Notes: generated by a model not told the origin, from the sequence alone. A stretch of 64,000 bases of DNA from an uncultured Chloroflexia bacterium (GCA_963734535.1 CAVTHS010000008.1:96001-160000), one strand, 5' to 3'; counted from the stretch's first letter, positions 48,516-59,717 are shown. Translations and numbers: made by a program.

Positions 48516-51197
48516 TCAGAAGGCGAGCGGGTCCATCTTCTCCGGGTCGATGCCGAGCGCCGCGATCGCGGCCGCCAGGTCGGCCGCCGCAAGCTCGCCG
48601 CGCCGTGCGAGCGCGGTCAGGCTCGCCAGCGTGACGCTCGCCGCGTCGATCTCGAAGAGCGCGCGGAGCGCCTCGCGCGTGTCGCTGCGGCCGAAGCCCT
48701 CGGTCCCGAGGGAGATGTAACCGGCGGGCAGCCAGCGGCCCAGGAGGTCCGGGAGCGCCTTCAGCCAGTCGGAGACGAGCACGACCGGGCCGCCCTCCGA
48801 CCCGAGCACCTGCGAGACGTACGGGGTTCGTGGCGGCTCGGTCGGGTGGAGCCGGCTCCAGCGCTCGGCCTCGAGCGCGTCGACGCGGAGCTGCTGCCAG
48901 GACGTCGCGCTGTAGACCTCGGCCGCGATTCCGAAGCGCTCGGCGAGGAGCGCGCGTGCGGCAACCGCCTGCTGGAGGATCGCGCCCGAGCCGACCAGGC
49001 GGACCCGTCCCTTCGCGCCACCTTCGACGTCGGGCGCGGCGAGGACCCGGTAGATCCCGCGCACGATCCCCTCGCCGACACCGTCGGGCGCGGGCGGCAT
49101 CGCGTAGTTCTCGTTGTAGAGCGTGACGTAGTAGTAGACGTCCTCGCCCCGCCCGTACATCCGCTCGATCCCGTCGCGGATGATGACCGCCAGCTCGTAC
49201 GCGTACGCCGGATCGTAGGCACGGATGCTCGGGACCGTCGACGCGAGGAGCTGGCTGTGCCCGTCCTCGTGCTGGAGGCCCTCGCCGTTCAGGCTGGTCC
49301 GGCCGGCGGTCGCCCCGAGCATGAAGCCACGGCCGCGCGCGTCGGCCAGCGCCCAGGCCTGATCGCCGGTTCGCTGGAACCCGAACATCGAGTAGAAGAT
49401 GTAGAAGGGCAGCATCGGCTCGCCGTGCGTCGCGTATGACGTGGCAGCCGCCTGGAGGGATGCCATCGAGCCGGCCTCGGTGATCCCCTCCTCCAGCACC
49501 TGGCCGTCCTTCGCCTCGCGATAGGAGAGCACCAGCTCCGAGTCGACCGGCTCGTAGTGCTGGCCCCCGCTGGCGTAGATCCCGACCTCCTTGAAGAGCG
49601 GATCCATGCCGAACGTGCGCGCCTCGTCGGGGATGATCGGGACCACCCGCTTTCCGAAGCCCGGGTCGCGCATCAGGTTCCGCAGGAGCTTGGCGAAGAC
49701 CATGGTGGTGCTCACGGCGGTCGTCGAGCCGGCCGCGAACTCGCGGTCGGTCTCCGGCACCGGGGCGGGCAACGGCCGGCTCCGCACGATCCGCTTCGGG
49801 AGCCCGCCGCCGAGCGCGCGCCTGCGCTCCATCAGGTAGCGCATCTCCTCGGACTCGGGGCCCGGGTGGTAGTACGGGGCTTCGGCGAGCTGCTCGTCTG
49901 GGATCGGAAGCTCCAGCCGATCGCGGAATATCCGCAGCTCCGCCTCGGACAGCTTCTTCGCCTGGTGGGTGATGTTGCGTCCTTCGACGCTCGAGCCCAG
50001 CGTCCAGCCCTTGATCGTCTTGGCCAGGATCACCGTCGGCGCGCCCTGGAACTCGGTCGCCAGCTTGTACGCCGCGTAGAGCTTGCGGTAGTCGTGGCCG
50101 CCCCGGCGCAGGCGCGTCAGGTCGTCGTCGGAGAGGTGCTCCACCAGCCGGCCCAGCCGCGGGTCGGGGCCGAAGAAGTGCGAGCGGATGTAGGCACCGC
50201 CCGCCACGGAGTACTTCTGGAACTCGCCGTCGACGGTCTCGTTCATCTTGTTGACGAGCGTCCCGTCCGTGTCGCGGGCCAGCAGGTCGTCCCACTCGCG
50301 GCCCCAGATCACCTTGACCACGTTCCAGCCGGCGCCCCGGAAGATGCCCTCCAGCTCCTGGATGATCTTGCCGTTGCCGCGAACCGGGCCGTCGAGCCGC
50401 TGCAGGTTGCAGTTGACGACGAATGTCAGGTTGTCGAGGCGCTCGCGGCCGGCCACCCACAGCGCGCCGAGCGCTTCCGGCTCGTCCATCTCGCCGTCGC
50501 CGAGGAATGCCCAGACGCGCGACTCGCTGGTGTCCGCGATGCCGCGGTGGAGCAGGTAGCGGTTGAAGCGCGCCTGGTAGATCGCCGCGATCGGTCCGAG
50601 GCCCATGCTGACGGTGGGGAACTCCCAGAAGTCGGGCATGAGTCTCGGGTGCGGGTACGACGAGAGCCCTTGTCCCGGGCGCACCTCGCGCCGGAAGTGG
50701 TCGAGCTGCGAGGCGCTCAGCCGCCCTTCAAGGAAGGCCCGCGCGTACATCCCCGGCGCCGCGTGGCCCTGGTAGAAGATCTGGTCGCCGGAGCCGTCGT
50801 CCTTGCCGCGGAAGAACCAGTTGAAGGCCACCTCGTACAGGCTCGCCGAGCTGGCGTACGTGGAGAGGTGGCCGCCGATCCCCGGCGAGACGATGTTGGC
50901 CCGGAGGACCATCGCCACCGCGTTCCAGCGGACCAGGCGCCGGATCCGCCGCTCGATCGCCTCGTCGCCAGGGAAGTAGGGCTCCTGCTCCGGGCTGATG
51001 GTGTTGATGTAGCGGGTCTGGGTCAGCGGCGGCAGCCCGATGTGGGTCTGGCGCGCCCGCTTGAGGAGCTTGTACATGACGAAGCGGGCGCGATCGGCGC
51101 CCTCCTGCTCGACGAGGTCGTCGAACGAGGCGATCCAGTCCCGGGTCTCGTCCGGATCCACGTCCGGCAGCTGGTGCTTGAACTCGTCCGAGTACAT
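48516..51197 (-). CDS. aceE: Pyruvate dehydrogenase E1, homodimeric type
   Basis: YINTI, GGHLST, SSYPHP, GDGEMDE, NLQRLDGPV, EEGITEAG, YSMFGFQR, GEGLQH. Confidence 0.96.
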   Translation of the reverse strand: MYSDEFKHQLPDVDPDETRDWIASFDDLVEQEGADRARFVMYKLLKRARQTHIGLPPLTQTRYINTISPEQEPYFPGDEAIERRIRRLVRWNAVAMVLRANIVSPGIGGHLSTYASSASLYEVAFNWFFRGKDDGSGDQIFYQGHAAPGMYARAFLEGRLSASQLDHFRREVRPGQGLSSYPHPRLMPDFWEFPTVSMGLGPIAAIYQARFNRYLLHRGIADTSESRVWAFLGDGEMDEPEALGALWVAGRERLDNLTFVVNCNLQRLDGPVRGNGKIIQELEGIFRGAGWNVVKVIWGREWDDLLARDTDGTLVNKMNETVDGEFQKYSVAGGAYIRSHFFGPDPRLGRLVEHLSDDDLTRLRRGGHDYRKLYAAYKLATEFQGAPTVILAKTIKGWTLGSSVEGRNITHQAKKLSEAELRIFRDRLELPIPDEQLAEAPYYHPGPESEEMRYLMERRRALGGGLPKRIVRSRPLPAPVPETDREFAAGSTTAVSTTMVFAKLLRNLMRDPGFGKRVVPIIPDEARTFGMDPLFKEVGIYASGGQHYEPVDSELVLSYREAKDGQVLEEGITEAGSMASLQAAATSYATHGEPMLPFYIFYSMFGFQRTGDQAWALADARGRGFMLGATAGRTSLNGEGLQHEDGHSQLLASTVPSIRAYDPAYAYELAVIIRDGIERMYGRGEDVYYYVTLYNENYAMPPAPDGVGEGIVRGIYRVLAAPDVEGGAKGRVRLVGSGAILQQAVAARALLAERFGIAAEVYSATSWQQLRVDALEAERWSRLHPTEPPRTPYVSQVLGSEGGPVVLVSDWLKALPDLLGRWLPAGYISLGTEGFGRSDTREALRALFEIDAASVTLASLTALARRGELAAADLAAAIAALGIDPEKMDPLAF

Positions 51198-51358
51198 TGA
51201 CGGGAACTCCTGGCGTGAGACGCTGGTCAGGCGGCGCCGGACCGCGGGCGGGCGGTCGCGCGCCCCACGGACTCGGGACGGAAGCGGGCCGACATTGCCC
51301 GGAGCGTAGCCCATCCCGCGACCGGGCGCCTGCGCACCCGCTGGGGTAGATTCGGGCG

Positions 51359-52021
51359 ATGCAGCCGGACTACGACGCGACGACCGCGCTCATCGTGGTG
51401 GACGTGCAGAATGACTTCGCGGACCCGGCCGGCAGCCTGAGCGTCCCCGGCGGCGACGGGATCATCCCGTACGTCAACGCCCAGATCGCCGCGGCGCTCG
51501 ACGCCGGCGCCTTCGTCGCGTACACCCAGGATTGGCATCCACGGTCCACCCCGCACTTCGTCACGGCCGGTGGCCCGTGGCCCGTCCACTGCGTCGCCGG
51601 GACGTGGGGTGCAGCGCTCCACCCCGCGCTCACGCCGAACGCGGGACCATCCGTCCGGAAGGGCGCGAACGGCGAGGACGGCTACTCCGGCTTCTCGATG
51701 CGCGACCCGGGCACCGGCGATCCCGTGCCGACCGAGCTCGCGGGGCTCCTGCGGGCGCACGGGACCCGCACGGTCGTGGTGTGCGGGCTCGCCACCGACT
51801 ACTGCGTCCGCGACACCGCCCTCGATGCCCTCGCCCTCGGGTATCCGACCCGCGTGCTCGTGGCGGGGGTCCGTGCGGTGGACGTGCGACCCGGCGACGG
51901 CGCCGCGGCACTCGACCGCCTCGTCACGGCCGGCGTCACGCTGGTCTCGCCGACGGCCACCTCGGTGAGCGCGGACGGGGTCGCGCCGGCCGCCCCGACC
52001 GCCCCCGAGCCCGTGGCATGA
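51359..52021 (+). CDS. pncA: Nicotinamidase / pyrazinamidase
   Basis: VDVQNDF, QDWH, WPVHCV, KG..YSGF, GLATDYCV. Confidence 0.92.
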   Translation: MQPDYDATTALIVVDVQNDFADPAGSLSVPGGDGIIPYVNAQIAAALDAGAFVAYTQDWHPRSTPHFVTAGGPWPVHCVAGTWGAALHPALTPNAGPSVRKGANGEDGYSGFSMRDPGTGDPVPTELAGLLRAHGTRTVVVCGLATDYCVRDTALDALALGYPTRVLVAGVRAVDVRPGDGAAALDRLVTAGVTLVSPTATSVSADGVAPAAPTAPEPVA

Positions 52022-52596
52022 GCCGCCTGCGGAACCTCGCGTTCCTCGCGATGGCAGGCATGGGTGCTGCCGTGACCGCCGAGCGCTGGCTCGGGTCGAT
52101 CATCGCGTCCGGCGACGGGCCGGACCCGACCATGAAGATGGTGATCGCGATCGACGCGCCGATCGAGACCGTCTGGGAGGCGATCTCGGACATCGAGCGC
52201 CAGCCGCTCTGGATGCTCGAGATGAAGTCGGTGCGGCTGCTCACGCCGGGCCCGGTGGGAGTCGGGACGCGCGGCGAGGCGGACGTGCGCATCTTCCTGA
52301 TCGGCATCGTGGATCCGGTCGAGATCGACCAGTACGAGCCGCCCGTGGCCTTCGGCATCCGGCACGTCGGCGTCTTCGCGGGGTCCGGGCGGATCCGGCT
52401 CGAGGCGCTGGACGCGCGCCGCACGCTCGTGCGCTGGGACGAGCGCCTTGTGCCGCCCGCCTTCCCGAACATCGGCCAGCTCATCCAGAAGCCGATCCTC
52501 GGCGCGATCTTCCAGGCCGACCTCGAGCGGCTCAAGGAGATGGTCGAGGCACGCCACGCCGAGGCGATCGGCGGCACGGGAGCGGACGCCGGCTGA
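52018..52596 (+). CDS. SRPBCC family protein
   Basis: IDAPIETVWEAISD, PVGVGT, DLERLK. Confidence 0.85.
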   Translation: MSRLRNLAFLAMAGMGAAVTAERWLGSIIASGDGPDPTMKMVIAIDAPIETVWEAISDIERQPLWMLEMKSVRLLTPGPVGVGTRGEADVRIFLIGIVDPVEIDQYEPPVAFGIRHVGVFAGSGRIRLEALDARRTLVRWDERLVPPAFPNIGQLIQKPILGAIFQADLERLKEMVEARHAEAIGGTGADAG

Positions 52597-52708
52597 GGGG
52601 AACCACCGGATCGGGCCGGCCACCGGGTCCCGCGCGCCCGCCACCGGGTCCCGCGCCGGCTCCGCCCCTCCCCCAACTCCGCCACCAACCCCGCATGGAG
52701 GGTCGCCG

Positions 52709-53599
52709 ATGGAGATCCACCTCGTCGACGCGACGTACGAGCTCTTCCGGGCCCACCACGCGCCGCGCCCGCCGGTCCGCGGCCGCGACGGGATGCCCCT
52801 GACGGCCGTTGCCGGCCTCGCGGGGACGCTGCTCGCGCTGGTTCGCGACGAGGGCGCCACGCACGTCGGCTGCGCCCACGACCGGGTGATCCGCTCGTTC
52901 CGCAACAACCGCTGGCCCGGCTACAAGAGCGAGGTCGGCGTCCCCGCGGAGCTGCTCGCCCAGTTCCCCGTTGCCGAGGAGGCGATCCGCGCGCTCGGGT
53001 TCGTGCTCTGGCCGATGGTCGAGTGGGAGGCCGACGACGCGCTCGCCACGGCCGCCGTGCAGTGGGCGGACGCGCCCGGGGTGAGCCGGATCCTCGTCTG
53101 CACGCCGGACAAGGACCTGGCCCAGGTGGTCCGCGGCGGCCGCGTCGTGCTGCGCGACCGGCGGCGCGACATCACCTATGACGAGGCCGGCGTGCGGGCC
53201 AAGTGGGGCGTGCCGCCGTCGGCCATCCCGGACTACCTGGCGCTGGTGGGCGACGCCGCGGACGGCTTCCCGGGCATCGCCGGCTTCGGGTCGAAGGGCG
53301 CCGCGGCGCTGCTCGCCGTCTTCGGGACGCTCGAGGGGATCCGGGATGCAGCCCTCGGGACGTGGCCATCCTCGGTCCGGGGCGCGGAGCGGATGGCTGC
53401 CACGCTCCGCGACCACTGGCCGGACGCCCTCCTCTTCCGCGATCTCGCGACCCTTCGCACGCGCGTCCCGCTCGACACGGCCGGCCCGGAGGCGCTGCGC
53501 TGGGAGGGCGCGGACCCGGACGCCTGGCCGGCATTCTGCGAGCGCTGGGGGCTGCCCGGCCTTTCCCGGCGACCGCACCGCTGGCGACCGGCCGCCTGA
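52709..53599 (+). CDS. 5'-3' exonuclease / flap endonuclease
   Basis: LVDATYELFR, YK, EADDALA, DKDLAQ, LVGDAADGFPGI. Confidence 0.92.
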   Translation: MEIHLVDATYELFRAHHAPRPPVRGRDGMPLTAVAGLAGTLLALVRDEGATHVGCAHDRVIRSFRNNRWPGYKSEVGVPAELLAQFPVAEEAIRALGFVLWPMVEWEADDALATAAVQWADAPGVSRILVCTPDKDLAQVVRGGRVVLRDRRRDITYDEAGVRAKWGVPPSAIPDYLALVGDAADGFPGIAGFGSKGAAALLAVFGTLEGIRDAALGTWPSSVRGAERMAATLRDHWPDALLFRDLATLRTRVPLDTAGPEALRWEGADPDAWPAFCERWGLPGLSRRPHRWRPAA

Positions 53600-53619
53600 G
53601 CCCCGGCCGCACGGGGACG

Positions 53620-54438
53620 CTATGCCTCGCGGAGGAGCTCGAGGAGGCGGGCGTGGTGGAGCGCGGGTGCAGCGAGAACACCCATGCCGCGCGTGGGCGC
53701 GGCGAGGTCGAACCACGGCCCGCCGTCGAGGTCCGTCACGCGGGCGCCGGCCCGCTCCGCGATGAGCCCGGCCGCGGCAACGTCCCACGCGGAGAGCCCG
53801 ATCGACTGGCCGAACGCGTCGAAGCGCCCATTCGCGACGTAGGCGAGCGAGAGCGCCGCCGAGCCCATCGTGCGCGACACCCGGATCTCGCGGCGGACGC
53901 GCGAGATCCGCCGCGCCGGGGCCTGGCCGCCGATGTTGAGCGCCATCACCACGTCCGACAGGCGCTCCTTGGCCGAGGCACGGACCGGTCGGCCGTCAAG
54001 CGTCGCGGGGCCATCGGCGGATGCGGCGAACGTCTCGCCACGCAGCGGATCGTGAACGGCACCCACGACGGGCCGGCCATCCGCGACCAGCGCGAGCGAG
54101 ACGCAGAAGAACGGCAGGCCGTTGGCGAAGTTGATCGTGCCGTCGACCGGGTCGCAGACCCAGACCCGCGCCGCGACCGTCGCGTCGCGTCCCGACTCCT
54201 CGCCATAGAAGGCGTCGTCGGGGAAGCGAGCGGCCAGGCCGGCCCGGACGAGCGCCTCCGCGGCATGGTCCACCTCGGTCACGATGTCGTGGGCGCCCTT
54301 GTACGCGACCGGGCCGCTGTCCTCGTAGCGTGCGGCGACCAGCCTGCCGGCCGACTCCACGAGCTCGACAGCGACGGCGAGCTCCGGGCCCCAGCGACCC
54401 GCCGCCGGCGTGTCGGCGCTGCGCTGCCCTGCCTTCAT
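53620..54438 (-). CDS. Inositol monophosphatase family protein
   Basis: VTEVD, GEE, DPVDGTINF, GSAAL, WDVAAA. Confidence 0.92.
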   Translation of the reverse strand: MKAGQRSADTPAAGRWGPELAVAVELVESAGRLVAARYEDSGPVAYKGAHDIVTEVDHAAEALVRAGLAARFPDDAFYGEESGRDATVAARVWVCDPVDGTINFANGLPFFCVSLALVADGRPVVGAVHDPLRGETFAASADGPATLDGRPVRASAKERLSDVVMALNIGGQAPARRISRVRREIRVSRTMGSAALSLAYVANGRFDAFGQSIGLSAWDVAAAGLIAERAGARVTDLDGGPWFDLAAPTRGMGVLAAPALHHARLLELLREA

Positions 54439-54920
54439 CGGGAGCAGTCCACGGCGAACGACCGCGCATCTGTCCCCAGGTCCGCCACGCGCTGCGTGAA
54501 CGTGAGCGTCTCGCCGGCGGCGATCGACGGGGTCCTCACGTACGTCTCGACGGGCGGGTTGCCCAGGTATGCCGGGTCCCAGACCCGGCAGGTTGCCTGG
54601 CCGTCGCGTCGGCCGCCGTTCGCGACCGCGAGGGTCAGGACGATCCCTCCATCGGCCGGCGTTGCCGTGACCAGGCGCCCGTCGAACGGACCCACCCCGC
54701 CGACGAGGATCGTGGCCCCGACCAGCATCGCCACGACCGCGAGCGCGATGCCCGCGAACACGGTCCCATGCGCCTGCGACGCGGCTGGCTGCTCGAGACC
54801 CGCCGGGTTGCACGCGGCGCACAGGGCGTCCGCGAGCGGGATCGGCGTGTCGCAGCGGAGGCAGCCGTGGGTCGGCTCGGGATCGACGGCGGGCACGGGC
54901 GTGGATGTCCTCGTCGTCAT
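54435..54920 (-). CDS. Hypothetical membrane protein with N-terminal CxxC...CxxC
   Basis: CLRC...CAAC, QAHGT, one TM, beta-rich C-terminus; overlaps both neighbours by 4 nt. Confidence 0.75.
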   Translation of the reverse strand: MTTRTSTPVPAVDPEPTHGCLRCDTPIPLADALCAACNPAGLEQPAASQAHGTVFAGIALAVVAMLVGATILVGGVGPFDGRLVTATPADGGIVLTLAVANGGRRDGQATCRVWDPAYLGNPPVETYVRTPSIAAGETLTFTQRVADLGTDARSFAVDCSR

Positions 54921-55777
54921 CGGCGGGCGGCGCCGGGCGCAGCGTTCACGAGCAGGTCGACATCCTGGGTGGTGCGGGCGCCGACCACGGCGCCGTCCGC
55001 GCCGGCGGCCCGCCAGCGCGCGGCCGTGCCGGCGGGATCCTCGATCCAGGGGCTCGCGGAGAGGGATTCGCCCTTCCCGAGATCGAACGCCGCGAGGATG
55101 TGCACGGTCGACCGGTCGCGACCGACCGCGGAGAGCGCGTCCAGATAGGCGGGCAGAAGCGCGACGAGGAGCGATGCCGGAACGGTCCAGCCGTCACCGA
55201 TCCGGCCCGCGAGGGCGGCGCCGGCCGCGGATTCGCCGCCGACGATGATCGGCGGGGCCGGCTCCGGGACCGGGAACGCGAACGCCTCCGCGAGCGGGTA
55301 GAACGGCGACGCGCGCGTCACCGGCCCGCCGGTCCACAGTGCGCGACATACGGCCACCGCCTCCTCGAGCCGGGCAACGCGTTCGGGCGCGTCCGGGAAC
55401 GGGATCCCGTAGGCGAGATGCTCGGCCGGGTGGCCGCCGATGCCGACGCCGAGGACGAGACGGCCGCCGCTCGCTGCCTGGAGCGTGGCCGCCATCCGCG
55501 CGACGACGGAAGGCGGACGGTTCATCACGTTGAGCACGAACGTCATGAGGCGAAGCCGGCTCGTGCTCCCGGCCAGCGCCGCGAGCGTCGTCCAGCACTC
55601 GAGGACCGGATCTCGCCGGGCGCCGCGGCTGACGAAATGGTCCCAGATCGCGACGCCCTCGTAACCGGCCGCCTCCAGGCGGAGCGCCTGCTCGCGGAAC
55701 CAGGCGTACGAGACGCCGATCGCCCGAAGGTTGACGAAGACAGGGAACGGCGCCGGCGTTCCCGTGGCGGTGCTCAG
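54917..55777 (-). CDS. LLM class flavin-dependent oxidoreductase (probable CTG start)
   Basis: Frame stays open upstream of 55546 and encodes IWDHF and [30 protein letters not shown]. Confidence 0.88.
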   Translation of the reverse strand: MSTATGTPAPFPVFVNLRAIGVSYAWFREQALRLEAAGYEGVAIWDHFVSRGARRDPVLECWTTLAALAGSTSRLRLMTFVLNVMNRPPSVVARMAATLQAASGGRLVLGVGIGGHPAEHLAYGIPFPDAPERVARLEEAVAVCRALWTGGPVTRASPFYPLAEAFAFPVPEPAPPIIVGGESAAGAALAGRIGDGWTVPASLLVALLPAYLDALSAVGRDRSTVHILAAFDLGKGESLSASPWIEDPAGTAARWRAAGADGAVVGARTTQDVDLLVNAAPGAARR

Positions 55778-56538
55778 AGCCCGGCCGTGACCGCCGGCGA
55801 GGTCGCCGCGGCCAGCGCCACCTGGAGCATCGTGGCGGTCCGCCGCTCAAGCTCGTCGAGCGGGAGGTACGAGTCCTCCGAGGTGACGTTCGGGCCCAGG
55901 ACGTCGCTCACGGTCAGGATCGTCGCCGCCCGGACGTCGTCTCCCGCCGCGTGCGCCCGGGCCGCGAGGTAGAAGAGCGCCGAGCTCTCCATCTCGAACC
56001 CGAGCACGCCCCGTGCCGCCCAGCGGCTGAAGTAGTCGGCGTCGGGGTTGTAGAAGACGTCCACGGTGCAGACCAGCCCCACGTGGTATGCCGCGCGCTC
56101 GGCCTCCGCCGCATCGACGAGCGCGCGCACCAGCCCGAAGTCGGCGGCCGGCGCGTACGGCTCGCCATGGAGGTACGTGGCGGTCGTCCCGTCGAACGGC
56201 GCTGCCGCGGACGCGATCACGATCTCGCCCGTGCGGATGCCCCGCCCGATGCCGCCGCACGTGCCCACGCGGATGAGGCGCCGCGCGCCGAGCCGCAGCA
56301 GCTCCTCGACCACGATCGCCGCGGACGGCGCGCCAATCCCGGTGGTCTGGACGCTGACCGGCACGCCGCCGTACATGCCGGTATACCCGTAGAGCAGCCG
56401 GTGGTCGTTCACCTTCCGGGCGGCCGCGAGGCCGCCATCGAAGAGCGAGGCCATCGTCGTCGCCCGGTTCGGGTCGCCGGGCAGCAGGACGATGGGGGCG
56501 TAGTCGCCCGGCTCGGCGCGAAGGTGGATCTGCGGCAT
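55774..56538 (-). CDS. deoD: Purine-nucleoside phosphorylase, DeoD type
   Basis: [35 protein letters not shown]. Confidence 0.9.
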   Translation of the reverse strand: MPQIHLRAEPGDYAPIVLLPGDPNRATTMASLFDGGLAAARKVNDHRLLYGYTGMYGGVPVSVQTTGIGAPSAAIVVEELLRLGARRLIRVGTCGGIGRGIRTGEIVIASAAAPFDGTTATYLHGEPYAPAADFGLVRALVDAAEAERAAYHVGLVCTVDVFYNPDADYFSRWAARGVLGFEMESSALFYLAARAHAAGDDVRAATILTVSDVLGPNVTSEDSYLPLDELERRTATMLQVALAAATSPAVTAGL

Positions 56539-56760
56539 CGTGGCGGGCTCCTGGTGTGGTTCGGCGGGGGCGAGTGTACGGCCTCCGGGACGGACCGGTC
56601 TGCGGCGCCGGGGCTCGCGGCCGGTCCGGCGATCCCCGACGGCCCGCACAGCCAACGTCGGCCTCTCTCGCACCCGACTCCGCGTAGTACGATCGCACGG
56701 GAGTCTCGCGGTCTCTTCTCGGGGCCGGGGCGGGTCGGGTGCGGCACAGGAGGGTTGGTC

Positions 56761-58116
56761 GTGAGCGAAGGCTTCTTCTCGGAGGTCGCGGGGCGTATCC
56801 CGTTCGGCGGACTCGATTCGACCGATCCCCTGTCGTTCAAGGTCTACGAGCCTGACCGCCTCGTGCTCGGCAAGCGGATGGCGGATCATCTCCGGATCGG
56901 TGTCTGCTTCTGGCACTCGTTCGCCTGGGACGGGCGGGACATGTTCGGCTCGGGCACCCTCGACCGGCCATGGCTCGGCGCGGCCGGCGACCAGATGGCC
57001 GCCGCCCGGATGAAGATGGCCGCGGCGTTCGAGTTCTTCGCGAAGCTCGGCATGCCGTACTACTGCTTCCACGACCGGGACGTCGCCCCCGACGGAGACA
57101 GCTTCGCCCAGTTCCGGGCGAACCTCGACGCCCTCGCCGACGACGCCCTGGGCTACCAGGAGCGGACCGGCGCCCGCCTCCTGTGGGGCACCGCGAACCT
57201 GTTCAGCCACCCGCGTTACCAGGCCGGCGCCGCCACCAACCCCGACCCCGAGGTTTTCGCCTACGCCGCCGCACAGGTCAAGAACATGCTCGAGGTGACC
57301 AAGCGCCTCGGCGGGACCAACTACGTGCTGTGGGGCGGACGCGAGGGCTACGACACGCTTCTCAACACGGACCTGCGCCGGGAGGGCGACCAGCTGGCCC
57401 GCTTCCTGCACCTGGTCGCCGAGCACAAGCACAAGATCGGGTTCGAGGGAACGCTCCTGATCGAGCCCAAGCCGATGGAACCGACGAAGCACCAGTACGA
57501 CTTCGACTCCGCGACCATCCACGGATTCCTCGTCCGCAATGGCCTCGACCGCGAGTACCGCCTGAACATCGAGGCGAACCACGCGACGCTCGCGGGCCAC
57601 AGCTTCCACCACGAGGTCGCCTACGCCATGGCGAACGCGATGTTCGGCAGCATCGACGCCAACCGCGGCGACCCCCAGAACGGATGGGACACCGACCAGT
57701 TCCCCAACTCGGTGGAGGACCTGGCGATGCCGCTCTACGAGATCCTGCGCGGCGGGGGCTTCACCACCGGCGGCTTCAACTTCGACGCGAAGCTCCGGCG
57801 ACAGAGCATCTCCCGGACGGACCTCTTCCACGCCCACATCGGCGGGATCGACACCCTCGCCCGGGCGCTCCTGGCCGCCGCGGACATGCTCGAGCAGGGC
57901 ACGCTCGCCGGGATGGTCGAGGCGCGCTATGGCGGTTGGAAGGGGGACCTCGGGACCGCGATCCTCGGCGGCACCGTGACCCTTGCCGATCTCGCCGCGA
58001 AGGTCGAGTCGGGGGAGATCGATCCGCAGCCGGTCAGCGGCCGCCAGGAGCTGCTCGAGAACGTCGTCAACCAGGCCATCTGGTCGGTCGACAGGGCCTC
58101 CGGCACGGCGGGCTGA
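56761..58116 (+). CDS. xylA: Xylose isomerase (class II)
   Basis: [44 protein letters not shown]. Confidence 0.97.
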   Translation: MSEGFFSEVAGRIPFGGLDSTDPLSFKVYEPDRLVLGKRMADHLRIGVCFWHSFAWDGRDMFGSGTLDRPWLGAAGDQMAAARMKMAAAFEFFAKLGMPYYCFHDRDVAPDGDSFAQFRANLDALADDALGYQERTGARLLWGTANLFSHPRYQAGAATNPDPEVFAYAAAQVKNMLEVTKRLGGTNYVLWGGREGYDTLLNTDLRREGDQLARFLHLVAEHKHKIGFEGTLLIEPKPMEPTKHQYDFDSATIHGFLVRNGLDREYRLNIEANHATLAGHSFHHEVAYAMANAMFGSIDANRGDPQNGWDTDQFPNSVEDLAMPLYEILRGGGFTTGGFNFDAKLRRQSISRTDLFHAHIGGIDTLARALLAAADMLEQGTLAGMVEARYGGWKGDLGTAILGGTVTLADLAAKVESGEIDPQPVSGRQELLENVVNQAIWSVDRASGTAG

Positions 58117-58122
58117 CCCGCG

Positions 58123-59607
58123 ATGGGCCACGTCCTGGGGATCGACGCCTCGACCACGGCGACGAAAGCCGTCCTCGTCGACGAGGCAGGAGCCGTGATC
58201 GGCGTGGGGGCGGCAAGCTACGGTTTCGACGTGCCGCGGCCGCTCTGGAGCGAGCAGGAACCTGCCCTCTGGTGGGACGGGGCGGTCGCGGCGATCCGGT
58301 CCGTGCTCGCCTCGACGGGCGTGCCGGCCGACGACGTGGTCGCGATCGGCCTCACCGGCCAGATGCATGGCGCCGTCCTGCTCGACGGGGCGGGCGAGGT
58401 GCTGCGCCCGGCCATCCTGTGGAATGACCAGCGGACGGCCCTCGAGTGCGACGCGATTCGGCAGGCCGTCGGCGCCGAGCGCCTCGTGGAGATCACCGGC
58501 AACGACGCCCTCACCGGCTTCACGGCGCCGAAGCTGGTCTGGGTTCGCGATCACGAGCCAGGCGTCTGGCGACGGATCGCCCATGTGCTCCTCCCCAAGG
58601 ACTACGTTCGCCTCCGGCTGACCGGCGAGTACGCCGTGGACAAGGCGGACGGCGCCGGCACGCTGCTGTTCGACCTGGCGGCGCGAGACTGGTCGCGCGA
58701 GGTCCTCGACGCCCTCGAGATCGATCCGGCCTGGATGCCGAGGACCTGGGAGGGCCCGGAGGTCACGGGGGTCGTCTCCGGCGAAGCGGCCGCGATCACG
58801 GGCCTGCGACCCGGGACGCCGGTCGTGGCCGGCGGTGGCGACCAGGCCGCGAACGCCGTGGGCGTCGGCGCGGTGGTCCCCGGCACGATGGCGCTCTCGC
58901 TCGGCACGTCCGGCGTGGTGTTCGCGACGACCGACCGCCCCCTCTTCGAGCCGAAGGGGCGCGTCCATGCGTTCTGCCATGCCGTCCCCGGGCGCTGGCA
59001 CTTCATGTCCGTGATGCTCTCCGCGGCGGGCAGCCTGCGCTGGTTCCGGGACGCGCTGGCGCCCGAGGCGGAATTCGCCGACCTGGTCGCGATCGCGGGC
59101 GACGTGCCCGTCGGCAGCGAGGGGCTGTTCTTCCTCCCCTACCTGTCCGGCGAGCGCAGCCCGCACCCGGATCCGCTGGCCCGTGGCGCGTTCGTGGGGC
59201 TGACCCTCGTCCACGATCGGCGGCACCTGACCCGGGCGGTTCTCGAGGGTGTCGCGTTCGGCCTGCGGGACGGCCTCGACCTCATGGTCGAGGCCGGCAT
59301 GCCCGCCCCGGCCCAGATCAGGGCGTCGGGCGGCGGAACCGTCAGCCCGCTCTGGCGCCAGATCCTCGCGGACGTCCTGGAGGCCGAGATCGCGACGGTC
59401 AACACGTCGGAGGGCGCCGCGTATGGCGCGGCGCTCCTGGCAATGGTCGGCGCCGGCTGGTTCGCGACGGTGGAGGGCGCCGCCGCGGCGCTCGTCACGG
59501 CGACACCCACGGCCGCGCCCGGCCCGGATGCCGCGGCCTACCGCGAGGCGCACACGATCTACCGGGACCTGTACCCGGCCCTGGCCCCGACGTTCCACCG
59601 GCTGTAG
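58123..59607 (+). CDS. xylB: Xylulokinase
   Basis: GQMHG, ILWNDQR, PKDY, GGGDQAA, LGTSG, PYLSGER; follows xylA. Confidence 0.95.
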   Translation: MGHVLGIDASTTATKAVLVDEAGAVIGVGAASYGFDVPRPLWSEQEPALWWDGAVAAIRSVLASTGVPADDVVAIGLTGQMHGAVLLDGAGEVLRPAILWNDQRTALECDAIRQAVGAERLVEITGNDALTGFTAPKLVWVRDHEPGVWRRIAHVLLPKDYVRLRLTGEYAVDKADGAGTLLFDLAARDWSREVLDALEIDPAWMPRTWEGPEVTGVVSGEAAAITGLRPGTPVVAGGGDQAANAVGVGAVVPGTMALSLGTSGVVFATTDRPLFEPKGRVHAFCHAVPGRWHFMSVMLSAAGSLRWFRDALAPEAEFADLVAIAGDVPVGSEGLFFLPYLSGERSPHPDPLARGAFVGLTLVHDRRHLTRAVLEGVAFGLRDGLDLMVEAGMPAPAQIRASGGGTVSPLWRQILADVLEAEIATVNTSEGAAYGAALLAMVGAGWFATVEGAAAALVTATPTAAPGPDAAAYREAHTIYRDLYPALAPTFHRL

Positions 59608-59717
59608 CCCGGGGCCCCGCGGGCGAATTGGCGGCGACCGGAGGCGGACCCGGGGCGCCCCTTCAACGCGCCGGTTCGCGCCCCGCCTGACATTCCGGCT
59701 CGAACGCCGGCGCGGCG

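Noticed and set aside
48516-51197. aceE without E2 and E3 genes as an anomaly
   Set aside because: Stand-alone homodimeric E1 genes are common in high-GC bacteria
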